A DNA stretch of 61,724 nucleotides from Bdellovibrio sp. (lineage in GTDB: Bacteria > UBA10199 > 2-02-FULL-44-16 > DYJF01), in the NCBI GenBank assembly GCA_020723205.1, contig DYJF01000002.1, positions 1 to 61,724 of the forward strand, given 5' to 3'. Below, piece after piece: positions 37,101 through 45,375 of this stretch (position 1 is the stretch's first letter; each line of letters begins with the position of its first letter). Under the pieces are notes generated by a model. The model did not search any database. It worked only from the letters and a program-made list of their open reading frames with translations, and had not been told where the DNA came from. The position numbers were made by a program, and so were the translations under genes.

Positions 37101-37592
37101 GAAAACGGCGGTGGCAGCATCGACCAAGATGTCGGCGCCGTTCTCTAAATAGCTGTAGACTGGAGCGGCTTCTGCATCGGCGGCGGGTGAAACGGGCGTT
37201 TCGAGTCCGTTAAGAATTTCCCGCGACGAATCTACCGCCGCCTGCGCGTCGTTGGAAGCGAGCGCGTTGCGGGCCTTTCTGTAATTGCTACCGATGTTCC
37301 AGAGCGTATGGGTGGGATGGTCGGCGAGAAATACGACGCCTGATTCCGTCTCAACTTCCGCGCGTCCGGCCGCAGTATCATCCGACGGCTGTATGTAACC
37401 CAGAACCTCCCCGTCTGCGGATGCGGGCGCACCGTGAAGAACGGATCCCGCCTGAGCCGGCGTAATTATTCTAGGGGTCATTGAACCGGGTAACTGCGCA
37501 GGTATTGTAAGTCGTCCTGTATAGAGAGGGCCTTGCTGTAGCATTGCGATCGGGAACAACGGCATCGAGGATGAAAGTGGTGCGCCGCTCAT
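34125..37592 (-). CDS. giant orphan protein A (1155 aa): Pro-rich leader, helical N-domain, ~400 aa hydrophobic Gly/Ala-rich core, helical C-domain
   Basis: It is a long uninterrupted ORF with a strong RBS (GAGGAGG 6 nt upstream of the ATG). Hydrophobic segments include LVGGLGLFGGEAL, FMLPLAGALLMSLGY, MFLPAAIGLSA and MAMAIAMVNGL. I recognised no family. Confidence 0.75.
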   Translation of the reverse strand: MSGAPLSSSMPLFPIAMLQQGPLYTGRLTIPAQLPGSMTPRIITPAQAGSVLHGAPASADGEVLGYIQPSDDTAAGRAEVETESGVVFLADHPTHTLWNIGSNYRKARNALASNDAQAAVDSSREILNGLETPVSPAADAEAAPVYSYLENGADILVDAATAVFGLSGTSTIASGLKWIHGHLHANTASNAEALNYVKLELLRAYKVMEQTTEAKTPTIHRYGFALDMVKKTQAWIDNSIEDENTRLEAQYYTHLLSVEIMAHQLTLAVTRRNRAERRRLTAAIRESFNELTYPSKILAKLDDPKKNDIVAQYAANIIILMARLGMWHDARKRAEWLTTNHYLKDSDAATSIIENELISRFVDHNGKIMQVQDIQREMRQRAVIRALKEGIANAHSPGVFQSMLVGGLGLFGGEALNVLSGGDHGFMLPLAGALLMSLGYRLYNGLTTEEAHDAYVYGLEPERSNAQAVKDIGRLAMKTGLDAAAWIAPAYFLEQGHDSIVKGIETVQRGYGIYGGWISDAVSTVTNPGTYGPLADPANPAYDPTAIANFLYHGYTYGSGGVAAANLYARTMLTPKLREDNPLMAAVLEGWIKETDKVLPYAAPGLAMLGADIGMQLFNSTPIEVLNGLYFTYSRAAGAMFLAHMLIPETRWHLDKVSWMFLPAAIGLSADLRLWYKKGVPLSAPDPTQLEWLYGFLRASIVSTEAIFMMLITKMVRWEKGKTKKQTVWNFIRALSLSNKSMAMAIAMVNGLTSPISAEMQPKREEIVTIADACLVGVATAIGNLPFTLGLSGLLKGKIPIRTLASEAWQDSVGQRIDRRVMETVVGGLYAFTMPYARNRTGRIPIYDVIGSAARARMGVDTEWLSQAAMSLPNMVSGNAVSTLTWPEPSGTKWERASIREMLEKAAGKVRETNAEIADVKQQLSSGLISAEAADASIAKLMKEKAEHFRTVFTTFAMSGQRMHPMHLLLPHNRLRDRFLPLWAVKQVVKPGDYPSSTNTDMYANLQQMMEGRYDERIDKAQLEVLLEMILHYAADVNAYKALQPLLMTLALARNNTETGELIREFFDRNPWTLDLLGTDIELLTPPADRSRRKNKVQLMKQLATPPEEFNERVVGHENHPDFMKIFEGLFNFPPHAPAAQSGTSVADAAAGSQR

Positions 37593-37990
37593 CTATCGCC
37601 TCCTCTTCGGGAGATTGATCTGGTTGGATTTTACGGGCGAGAACGCTTTAATCATCTAGCACCCGAGCATTTGCGGACATCTCCGCCGTGAAAGTCCCTA
37701 ATTAACAGCGTTTCATAAAAGTGCGGAAACCCTATTTCATACCCCCCTTATCTGTCAAGGACAAATGGGCAAAAAACCAAGTTTTAACGGATAATTAGCT
37801 CATTCTTAATATTTTGCCGATAGCGCCCATTTAAACAGTAGCCCGCACTGCTTTTGAAAACCCACAACTTTTATGGAATTCTGACGATACTATAGAGGGA
37901 GAAGCTGCGGCCGATATAACTTGAAATGATTAGAGAACTCTATTAGCTGTACACAAAAATGTCCGTTCGGAGACGTACTTGGTCTGGGGG

Positions 37991-40900
37991 ATGGAAAGGC
38001 CAAAGGCGAATATGACGGGCAGCATTAGATCGCCGGGCACAATAAGTTGTTCTCATTGCCACGGTACCGCTTCCGAGGTGCAGTGGCCGGCGGTGGACGC
38101 AAATTCTGTCCCGCATCCGACAGAATATACGCCGCCAGGGGACCAAAATCCTTGTCCCCACTGTCACACAGGTAATCCCGCTTCATCGATCCTTTCAACA
38201 ACATCAGGCCAGCAAACATCAGGTATAATTCTTCCACATACGAATATTTCGCCGCTCTCTTCCATGCTCGAGGAGATGCCGGCGGCGCCCGCCGCAAATG
38301 CCGCGCTCGATGAGGAATATGCGGAGGCGGTCGGGCAATTCGCAGAAGCGGTAAGTTCAGGCAATGTCGAACTTCAGGGCTCGCTCTTCAGCAAGATAAT
38401 CGATCTTTCAATCAGGCGCCATTCCTTACCCGGGATGTTCGAGGCGCTCGAAGAGAGCAAACGCGTCAAGAAAGAGATGGATGATATCGCCGGCGAGGCG
38501 GAAGAGCTTTACGACTATTTTCATTCGACGGCGGCGTGCCACGGTCAGGACCCTTACCGTCAGGCCGAGGCGACACAGTGGATGTCCGCAGTGAAGAGAG
38601 ACGTGTGGGGGGACGGCGTTCTAGAAAAACAGACGGCCGTTGTTCTTGAGCGCGAACGTATTCGCGAAGCTGCGCTTTCAGCGGTTGAAGAGGACCTCTT
38701 TGCGGCGCTTTCCGTAGTGGACGAGGAGATGCCGATAGACGACGGCATGACACGCGAGGAGACGCTACAGCCGGTGGTGGCGTCCATGTTCGCCGACACA
38801 TTCAGATCGCTTAGCGATTTCGACCGCGCCAAGAAATATTACAACCTCGCGTCGGTAAGTCCCATGCAAACGGCGACTGGCGCCGTCTGGTACCGCCTGC
38901 AGGCGCTCGAGATGGACATATTGAGCGGTGACCGCGAAAGGGTGCGGGCCGCGGCGGAAGAGATAGAGGAGATGCGCGGCGAACTCACGAACCTTCTCGC
39001 CGGCTCGTATGCGGAAGAGATCGAGAGCCAGTTCGCCGTTCCCGAGGATCCGAACACAGTCGAGATCAACATCGAAGGACCCTTCGGCACGGCGCAGGCG
39101 ATCGGATCTCCCGACGAGGTGCACCAGATAGACGCGCTTAGCTGGGGCATCCTCTACGACGCCTACGTCGAGACGGAACAGTGGGAAAAGATGGAGGCGC
39201 TCGAGACGGAGCGGCGTCAGATGGTGAAGGGGCGCATCGGAGAGGCCTCCCAGCTCGAGGCGCGGCTGCACCTTGAGAACATGGAGCGCGTCGCGCTCAT
39301 CAAGACGGTGCCGGGCGGCATTTTGCAAAGGACCTCGCGCGAGGACGGCGTGCTGGCCGCCCAAGATATTCACAGCCGGCTTATGGAGGATTTAGGCGAC
39401 GTGGGTCATCTCATTGACCCGTACATGACGCCCGAAAGGGGAGACGCGCTTTTTGAACATTTCGCCGCGCTCAACTGGAGCGTTCACGTCAACGGGTACC
39501 TGATGCGCGACCTTCCGCAGATGGCGCTGGAGCAGATGGACGAACACATCCTTCAGGTGTACGACCTTTGGCTGGAGGTCCCGTTCAAAGATACGAACTA
39601 TGTTGACATGCAGATCGCAAAGCTAAAAGAGTTCGCGCCGCAGATATTCAGGGCGGACGGCAGCATAGATCCTTATTTGGACCTGTCGGGAACCTCGGGG
39701 GGGACTAACGCCGCGGACCGCACGATGACCGCGTACTGGCGAAGAAACGACTCGGTGCGGGAGAAGGGCCTGCCGATCGGCTCCGCGGTGACCTGTTTTT
39801 TGATCGGCACTATTTTCTTCGAAACTATCGTCGTTCCGGCGATGCTTGCGGGAGCGTGCAGCGCAGGGGCGAGCTTGGGTAACCGCGAGATGAACATCGC
39901 CTCCGCGTCCGAACAGTACCGGCAGGCGGCCGCCACCGGAATAACGATGGTGTCCGCGGATGAGGCGAGCCGCAGGAGCAGGGCGTGGTACGCGATGGAG
40001 GGCCTGAACGCGGCATTCAACGCGGCGCTCGTTGCGCCGATGGCCGGTGTGTGGGGACGCGTGGGAGGTGCTGCAATTCGTGAAGGGTTAGCGGGGGCGA
40101 CGGCGAGTGCCGCGGCCAGATCGATCCTTAGCTCTTTTACGAGTCCGCTTGCGGCGATGGGAAGGGTCGGGTCTAGCATTGCAGGCGGCACTGTCAATGC
40201 CGCAAAATGGTTCTGGAAGCTCCCCGTCGGATCGCGTCTCCGTCTGGCGGGTTTCGCGCCCGCCGCTGTCGACGGGTTCTTTGTCGATCGCCAAGGCAAT
40301 CTCGTCGGCTATGACGGCGAGCTCAACCACTGGTGGGGATATGCGGGCATGGCGGCCGGCATGAGCGAAACAGGTTTCCGCCTTTTCAGGAGCGCATGGC
40401 AGCCGGGTTTCTCGGCAGCCGTATCCAGAAGCGCCTTGAGGGAGGGCGCCATCCATCTTGGCACCGATCTTATCGCGTCGGACTACTACCTTATCAGGAA
40501 TGGTGGCGGCGGCATGCAGTTCGTCGATTTCAACGCGCCGCGCGACACTGCCCTTCAAGAACACGCCTTTCAAAAACAGTTCGCGGTCGACACGTGGTTG
40601 GGTTTCGCGGGTACGGTTCTCGTCAGCGGCGACTGGCTCCAGAACGAGCTTAGGTTCGGCATGACCAACTGGGACCGCGGCCTTCTCATTTCAGGCGCTG
40701 TGCCGACCGGCTACGATATCATAAGCGATGGGCAGCTCGATTCATGGTACGGCGGCGTGGGCGGTTCCGTCGTCGCCGCCGAAATGGGCTATCGTCTGCT
40801 GAACGTGAATCCAGCCGGTTCGATGGTGTTCCTGCCGATGAAGCTCTCTTACGAATGGCTGATGCAGGCGCAGCAGGACGTCCCGCTTCAGGCGCCCGAT

Positions 40901-41869
40901 CCGCAGCGCATGATCTCATCCACGGTCGAATCCATTTTCATGATGATGCTCGTCAACGGCACCTATCAAGGCGGCCATTACTGGAACACCTTCCCCATGG
41001 GTCAGTCGATCTTCAACGCCGGCCAGCGGCTGCCGCTTCTTAACAATCTGAGATGCATCGAGGATCTAAGCCGCTTGTCCTTCTTGGGCGGGAGCAGGCC
41101 CGCCATTCAGAGCTGGAGCAGGGGAACCGCCGTGAGGCCTTTTGCAACCAACGGCGCCGTGAGGACCTACAAGCTCCGTGGCGACAAGGCGTGGAACGGT
41201 CTGGCCGAGGGGAAGGAAGACGTGATGCTGACGGTCTCCGTCACCAACGGCTCCGCCGTTTTCAATCTCAACGGGAGCGCGGTTACGGAGGCGGACCTTT
41301 TGCGGCACGGGATGGTCTGGAACAACAACACTCTCTACAGGTTCAATCCAATCCGCGAGGAGAGCATCAATCTCGGCGGAAGGCGCATGACGGTTCAGGA
41401 CGTGGGGATGCTGAACGACGGGGCCAGAGCCAGGGCGATGAGCCAGTTGAGGAACAGTGGCTGGAGGATAGAGGGCGATCGTTTTTCAAGGTGGTGGGTG
41501 CAAAGGCCCTATCATCCGGAGGTGCTTACGACGAGGCCCACGGGTCCCATGAGCACGAGTCAGTTCAAGATAGTAGAGTCGTCCATTCCAGGGGCGAACG
41601 GTGAACAGATTCCGGTCTGGCTCAAGTTCGACCGCGTGCCCGTGTATGCCGACAGCGTCCGCTTGGGCGGCAGGGATCTTCCGATATGGAGCGGCCAGCG
41701 CGAAAAGCCCCATTTCGGCTTTTGGGGCGTGGCCCTCTCCGGGCCCCCTGTTCTTGCAGAGGCCTACGCCAGCAACTACTTCATCTTCAGAAGGACTTCG
41801 AGGGGAGATCCCGACTATCAGCCGCTGCAGCGTTTCGCCAACTACGTCCCGACGGTTTTTTTCACATAG
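37991..41869 (+). CDS. giant orphan protein B (~1290 aa), paralog of giant A in its hydrophobic core
   Basis: It is a long uninterrupted ORF. The start is uncertain (TTG 37979, ATG 37991 or ATG 38012). The block SMVFLP..x14..VPLQAPDP..STVESIFMMMLV is shared with giant A (SWMFLP..x16..VPLSAPDP..STEAIFMMLI). Confidence 0.72.
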   Translation: MERPKANMTGSIRSPGTISCSHCHGTASEVQWPAVDANSVPHPTEYTPPGDQNPCPHCHTGNPASSILSTTSGQQTSGIILPHTNISPLSSMLEEMPAAPAANAALDEEYAEAVGQFAEAVSSGNVELQGSLFSKIIDLSIRRHSLPGMFEALEESKRVKKEMDDIAGEAEELYDYFHSTAACHGQDPYRQAEATQWMSAVKRDVWGDGVLEKQTAVVLERERIREAALSAVEEDLFAALSVVDEEMPIDDGMTREETLQPVVASMFADTFRSLSDFDRAKKYYNLASVSPMQTATGAVWYRLQALEMDILSGDRERVRAAAEEIEEMRGELTNLLAGSYAEEIESQFAVPEDPNTVEINIEGPFGTAQAIGSPDEVHQIDALSWGILYDAYVETEQWEKMEALETERRQMVKGRIGEASQLEARLHLENMERVALIKTVPGGILQRTSREDGVLAAQDIHSRLMEDLGDVGHLIDPYMTPERGDALFEHFAALNWSVHVNGYLMRDLPQMALEQMDEHILQVYDLWLEVPFKDTNYVDMQIAKLKEFAPQIFRADGSIDPYLDLSGTSGGTNAADRTMTAYWRRNDSVREKGLPIGSAVTCFLIGTIFFETIVVPAMLAGACSAGASLGNREMNIASASEQYRQAAATGITMVSADEASRRSRAWYAMEGLNAAFNAALVAPMAGVWGRVGGAAIREGLAGATASAAARSILSSFTSPLAAMGRVGSSIAGGTVNAAKWFWKLPVGSRLRLAGFAPAAVDGFFVDRQGNLVGYDGELNHWWGYAGMAAGMSETGFRLFRSAWQPGFSAAVSRSALREGAIHLGTDLIASDYYLIRNGGGGMQFVDFNAPRDTALQEHAFQKQFAVDTWLGFAGTVLVSGDWLQNELRFGMTNWDRGLLISGAVPTGYDIISDGQLDSWYGGVGGSVVAAEMGYRLLNVNPAGSMVFLPMKLSYEWLMQAQQDVPLQAPDPQRMISSTVESIFMMMLVNGTYQGGHYWNTFPMGQSIFNAGQRLPLLNNLRCIEDLSRLSFLGGSRPAIQSWSRGTAVRPFATNGAVRTYKLRGDKAWNGLAEGKEDVMLTVSVTNGSAVFNLNGSAVTEADLLRHGMVWNNNTLYRFNPIREESINLGGRRMTVQDVGMLNDGARARAMSQLRNSGWRIEGDRFSRWWVQRPYHPEVLTTRPTGPMSTSQFKIVESSIPGANGEQIPVWLKFDRVPVYADSVRLGGRDLPIWSGQREKPHFGFWGVALSGPPVLAEAYASNYFIFRRTSRGDPDYQPLQRFANYVPTVFFT

Positions 41870-41875
41870 CCTGTA

Positions 41876-42613
41876 ATGCAGGCGAGACGGGGACTCGACA
41901 GCCCGCTTGGAAGGTTCATGGGAGGGCTTGTCGGTTATCCCGCGAACCTTTTGGCCAACTGGCTCTTCCCGACATACAGGGACAGCGCCCCCGGACAGGT
42001 AACGATGTACGATCATCTCGATGCGGGCGGCTCTGCGGACACCTTCTTTTTAAATTCCAACGACGCGTTCTCCTCCTTCGGCAGGATCGTGACGAGCTTG
42101 AATCCGGGACCTTGGGGGCCTGCGCACGGTTCATACTACGAGATTGAGGACGTCGCTATGGACAATCTTCGCGGCGGACTCATGTGCCGCATGGACATGG
42201 CGAACGGCACGACCTTCGGCCAGTCGCTCGATTGCATAGAGCTGCCGGATTCGACGCAGCAGCAGATACAAAGGACGGATTTCGATGTGACGACGGACGT
42301 CATGAAAAGGCGCTTTGAATCGTGGGCCGGTATCTTCCGCGAGAAGATCGAGCAGGAGCGCGCAGGAGATTTGAGCGAACGCGAAAGGCGCCTGCTCATC
42401 ACGCTCGCCGGCTGGTTCAAGTCGGTGGTGAAGGAGGATCCCGAGGAACCCTCCGTCCAGCCGCTCCAAGGGGTCATCTCTGAATACAGGTGGCTCTTCG
42501 ATAAGGTCCCGACGCTCGCTACCGACCGCGACTGGCAGGATTTCATCTCGCAGGTCAACGCCGGCAGATCAAGCGTCTCCAATTTCTATTTCGATCCCCA
42601 CATGCAGAACTGA
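41876..42613 (+). CDS. hypothetical protein (245 aa), 6 nt downstream of giant B
   Basis: It is an ORF with codon usage like its neighbours. I recognised no family. Confidence 0.55.
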   Translation: MQARRGLDSPLGRFMGGLVGYPANLLANWLFPTYRDSAPGQVTMYDHLDAGGSADTFFLNSNDAFSSFGRIVTSLNPGPWGPAHGSYYEIEDVAMDNLRGGLMCRMDMANGTTFGQSLDCIELPDSTQQQIQRTDFDVTTDVMKRRFESWAGIFREKIEQERAGDLSERERRLLITLAGWFKSVVKEDPEEPSVQPLQGVISEYRWLFDKVPTLATDRDWQDFISQVNAGRSSVSNFYFDPHMQN

Positions 42614-42636
42614 CAACCGCCAGAAGTCGGTTGTCA
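42611..42636 (+). terminator. 9 bp stem-loop overlapping the stop of the 245 aa ORF (no T-run; possible attenuator or processing site)
   Basis: TGACAACCG-ccagaagt-CGGTTGTCA. Confidence 0.3.
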
Positions 42637-42667
42637 TCCGTTCGGAGAAATGGCATAGTTCCACCCT

Positions 42668-44032
42668 ATGCTGAATAAAATCTTTAGCGCCCTTGCCGCG
42701 CAACCGCACGCAACTCCAATAACCGATCCGGAAGAGATAAAGAGGACCTACCGGAAATGGCGCATCCGCACCATGTATTCGATGATGACCGGTTACGCCA
42801 TATTCTATTTTTGCAGGAAGAATTTTTCGATGGCCATGCCGTCGTTTCTCAATGATCTGGGCTACACGAAGACCGATCTGGGCCTTGTGTTGACGCTTTT
42901 CTCCGTGGTCTACGGCTTTGCGAAGTTCATAAACGGCGTGCTTGCGGACAGGGGCAATCCCCGCTACTTCATGGCCATCGGCCTTTTCATGTCGGCGCTC
43001 GTGAACGTCTTCTTCGGCCTTTCGTCGTCGCTCGTTATGTTCGGCGTTTTCTGGGTGCTCAACGCGTGGTTTCAGGGGATGGGATGGCCCCCCTGCGCAC
43101 GTCTTCTGACGCACTGGTATTCGCCGACGGAGCTGGGCACGAAGTGGGGTATCTGGAACGCGTCTCACCAGTTCGGAGGCGCCGGCATTTTGATACTTGC
43201 CGGATGGCTCATACCGACATACGGCTGGCGGTCGGCGTTTTTCGTTCCCGCGGTCATCGCGATCGCAACCTCCGTGTTTCTCATTGCTATGCTTCGCGAT
43301 ACGCCGCAATCGCTGGGCCTGCCGCCTATCGAGGAATACCGCGACGAAAAACACATCGCCGATTCCCACGAGGACACGGCCGAATCTTTCAAAGAGATAT
43401 TATTCAAGCACGTGCTGACGAACCGGTTCGTCTGGATCGTGAGCATAGCGAACGCTTTCGTCTATATCGTTCGCATAGGTGTTCTGGACTGGGCGCCCAC
43501 TTTTCTCGTGGAGGCAAAACATAGCTCCATAATCAACGCCGGCATAAATGTGGCGGGCTTCGAGATAGCGGGTATCGTGGGAGCGCTGGCCGCCGGCTGG
43601 ATCTCCGACGTCCTGTTCAAAGGGAGAAGGGGACCGGTCAACGTCATCTTCATGGTCCTTCTCATCTTCGCTATGGTGGAGCTCTGGCTCGTACCGCCGG
43701 GACATCCGATGCTCGACGGCGCATTCTTGGTCGCTGTCGGCTTTTTGGTCTACGGACCGCAGATGCTGGTCGGAGTGTCCGCCGCGGACTTTGCCTCGAA
43801 GAAGGCGGCCTCGACCGCTACCGGAATGACGGGCACGTTCGGATATCTCGGGAGCGCTCTGTGCGGCATAGGCACGGGCGTCATCGTGGACAAGTGGGGG
43901 TGGGACGGCGGCTTCATCTTCTTCATTCTCTCTGCGATCATAGGGTTGTTCTTGTTCCTCTTCACGTGGTCGCACCGCGCGGCGTCGCTCGAGGCGATCC
44001 ACAACAACCGGAAGAACGCGAAGGCAAAATGA
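42668..44032 (+). CDS. MFS transporter, organophosphate:Pi antiporter (UhpC/GlpT/UhpT) family, copy 2
   Basis: WRIRTMYSMMTGYAIFYFCRKNFSMAMPSFL..GYTKTDLGLVLTLFSVVYGFAKFINGVLADR matches the OPA family. It is about two-thirds identical by eye to copy 1 over the first ~110 aligned residues. Confidence 0.87.
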   Translation: MLNKIFSALAAQPHATPITDPEEIKRTYRKWRIRTMYSMMTGYAIFYFCRKNFSMAMPSFLNDLGYTKTDLGLVLTLFSVVYGFAKFINGVLADRGNPRYFMAIGLFMSALVNVFFGLSSSLVMFGVFWVLNAWFQGMGWPPCARLLTHWYSPTELGTKWGIWNASHQFGGAGILILAGWLIPTYGWRSAFFVPAVIAIATSVFLIAMLRDTPQSLGLPPIEEYRDEKHIADSHEDTAESFKEILFKHVLTNRFVWIVSIANAFVYIVRIGVLDWAPTFLVEAKHSSIINAGINVAGFEIAGIVGALAAGWISDVLFKGRRGPVNVIFMVLLIFAMVELWLVPPGHPMLDGAFLVAVGFLVYGPQMLVGVSAADFASKKAASTATGMTGTFGYLGSALCGIGTGVIVDKWGWDGGFIFFILSAIIGLFLFLFTWSHRAASLEAIHNNRKNAKAK

Positions 44033-45375
44033 GCATGCACGGTCATCCGGACAGGGCGAAACTACTCGGTTCAGAGTGGAAGTGCGCCTGCGGCGCGGTC
44101 CACAGCGTTCCCGTGAGGAAGGTCCTCATCGGGGCCGGGGTCATTTCCGAACTTAGCGCCGTCGTGCGCGAAGCGGCGGGTGGCGGTCCCGTGCTCCTTA
44201 TCTCCGACGGGACGACGCGCGACATAGCGGGCGCGAATGCCGCACGCATGCTCGCAAGTTCAGGGCTCAAAGTGAGGGAGCTCGTCGTTCCCGGCGAAGG
44301 GCCGGTCGTTGACGATAAGACCGCGGCGTCCGTCATCGACAATTGCGGCGGCGAATCTCTTTTCGTCTCATGCGGCTCCGGCACCGTGACCGATCTGACA
44401 AAATATGCCGCCTTCACGAAGGGCAGGCCATTTGTTGCTGTGGCTACGGCCCCTTCGATGAACGGGTACGCGTCCGGCATCGTGGCTTTGACCGAAAAAG
44501 GATTGAAAAGGACTGTTCCCGCCGCTCCTCCGCTGGCCGTCATTTGCGATCTCGATATTCTTTGCAACGCGCCGATGGGGATGATCCGCGCCGGCTTGGG
44601 GGACGTGATCTCAAAACCCTGCTCCATGGCCGACTGGAAGCTCGAATCTTTGGTGAAGGGCGGCGTTTTCTGTCCGTTACCCTTCGAGCTCATAGCCGAC
44701 CTTGAAAGCGTCTATCTTAAGGATTCGAAGCTGATCGCAAAGCGCGAACCGAAGATCATCGGCGCTCTGACAACGGCCCTTGTCTACTCCGGCATCTCGA
44801 TGGTCGTCGCCGGCTCCTCGTCTCCTGCGTCCGGCGGCGAGCACCTCATATCGCACACGCTGGATATGCGCTCTGCGATGACGGGGAAAAGTCACGATCT
44901 TCACGGCTCGCAGGTGGGCGTTGCGACGATCGTGACGTCGCGTCTCTACGAAAAGGTTCTCTCCACCGATCCGGACCGTCTTGATTGGGCGAAGATATGG
45001 GAACACCACAGGAGGGACGTTTCGCCGCAGATCATCGACTACTGGGGCCGGCTTGCACCGTCCGTCATGAGGGAATTTGAAAGAAAGAGGATGCCTCTCA
45101 AGGAGAAAGAGGCCGAGCTGGAAGGGATCGTCGAACGCTGGGATGAAATAGTGGACGAACTGAAGGTCTTCTTGAGGCCGTCGGCCGATATAAAACGCAT
45201 CTTGACAGAAGCGGGCGCAAAAACGCATTATACCGACATTGGAGCAGGACGGGAGGATTTCAGAGCGGCGGTCCTGATGGCGCGGACGATGCGCTCGCGA
45301 TATACGATACTGGACTTGGCGTACGATCTTAATCTGCTGGAGGATTTCATAAATGATCAAGGCGATCTTTTTTGA
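44029..45375 (+). CDS. sn-glycerol-1-phosphate dehydrogenase-like oxidoreductase (Fe-ADH_2 / AraM-EgsA family)
   Basis: CGSGTVTDLTKYAA, ATAPSMNGYAS, IRAGLGDVISKPCSMADWKL, SSSPASGGEHLISHTLDM and LHGSQVG match the family. An ATGA overlap joins the start to the MFS stop. The longer 43861 ORF is an in-frame run-on inside the MFS gene. Confidence 0.65.
   Translation: MSMHGHPDRAKLLGSEWKCACGAVHSVPVRKVLIGAGVISELSAVVREAAGGGPVLLISDGTTRDIAGANAARMLASSGLKVRELVVPGEGPVVDDKTAASVIDNCGGESLFVSCGSGTVTDLTKYAAFTKGRPFVAVATAPSMNGYASGIVALTEKGLKRTVPAAPPLAVICDLDILCNAPMGMIRAGLGDVISKPCSMADWKLESLVKGGVFCPLPFELIADLESVYLKDSKLIAKREPKIIGALTTALVYSGISMVVAGSSSPASGGEHLISHTLDMRSAMTGKSHDLHGSQVGVATIVTSRLYEKVLSTDPDRLDWAKIWEHHRRDVSPQIIDYWGRLAPSVMREFERKRMPLKEKEAELEGIVERWDEIVDELKVFLRPSADIKRILTEAGAKTHYTDIGAGREDFRAAVLMARTMRSRYTILDLAYDLNLLEDFINDQGDLF

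Noticed and set aside
38048-38167. Reading the two CxxCH motifs of giant B as evidence for a multihaem c-type cytochrome
   Set aside because: No Sec signal peptide or lipobox precedes the motifs, there are only two of them, and both equally fit a four-Cys Zn-ribbon. I kept this as an open question in the findings but rejected it as a call.
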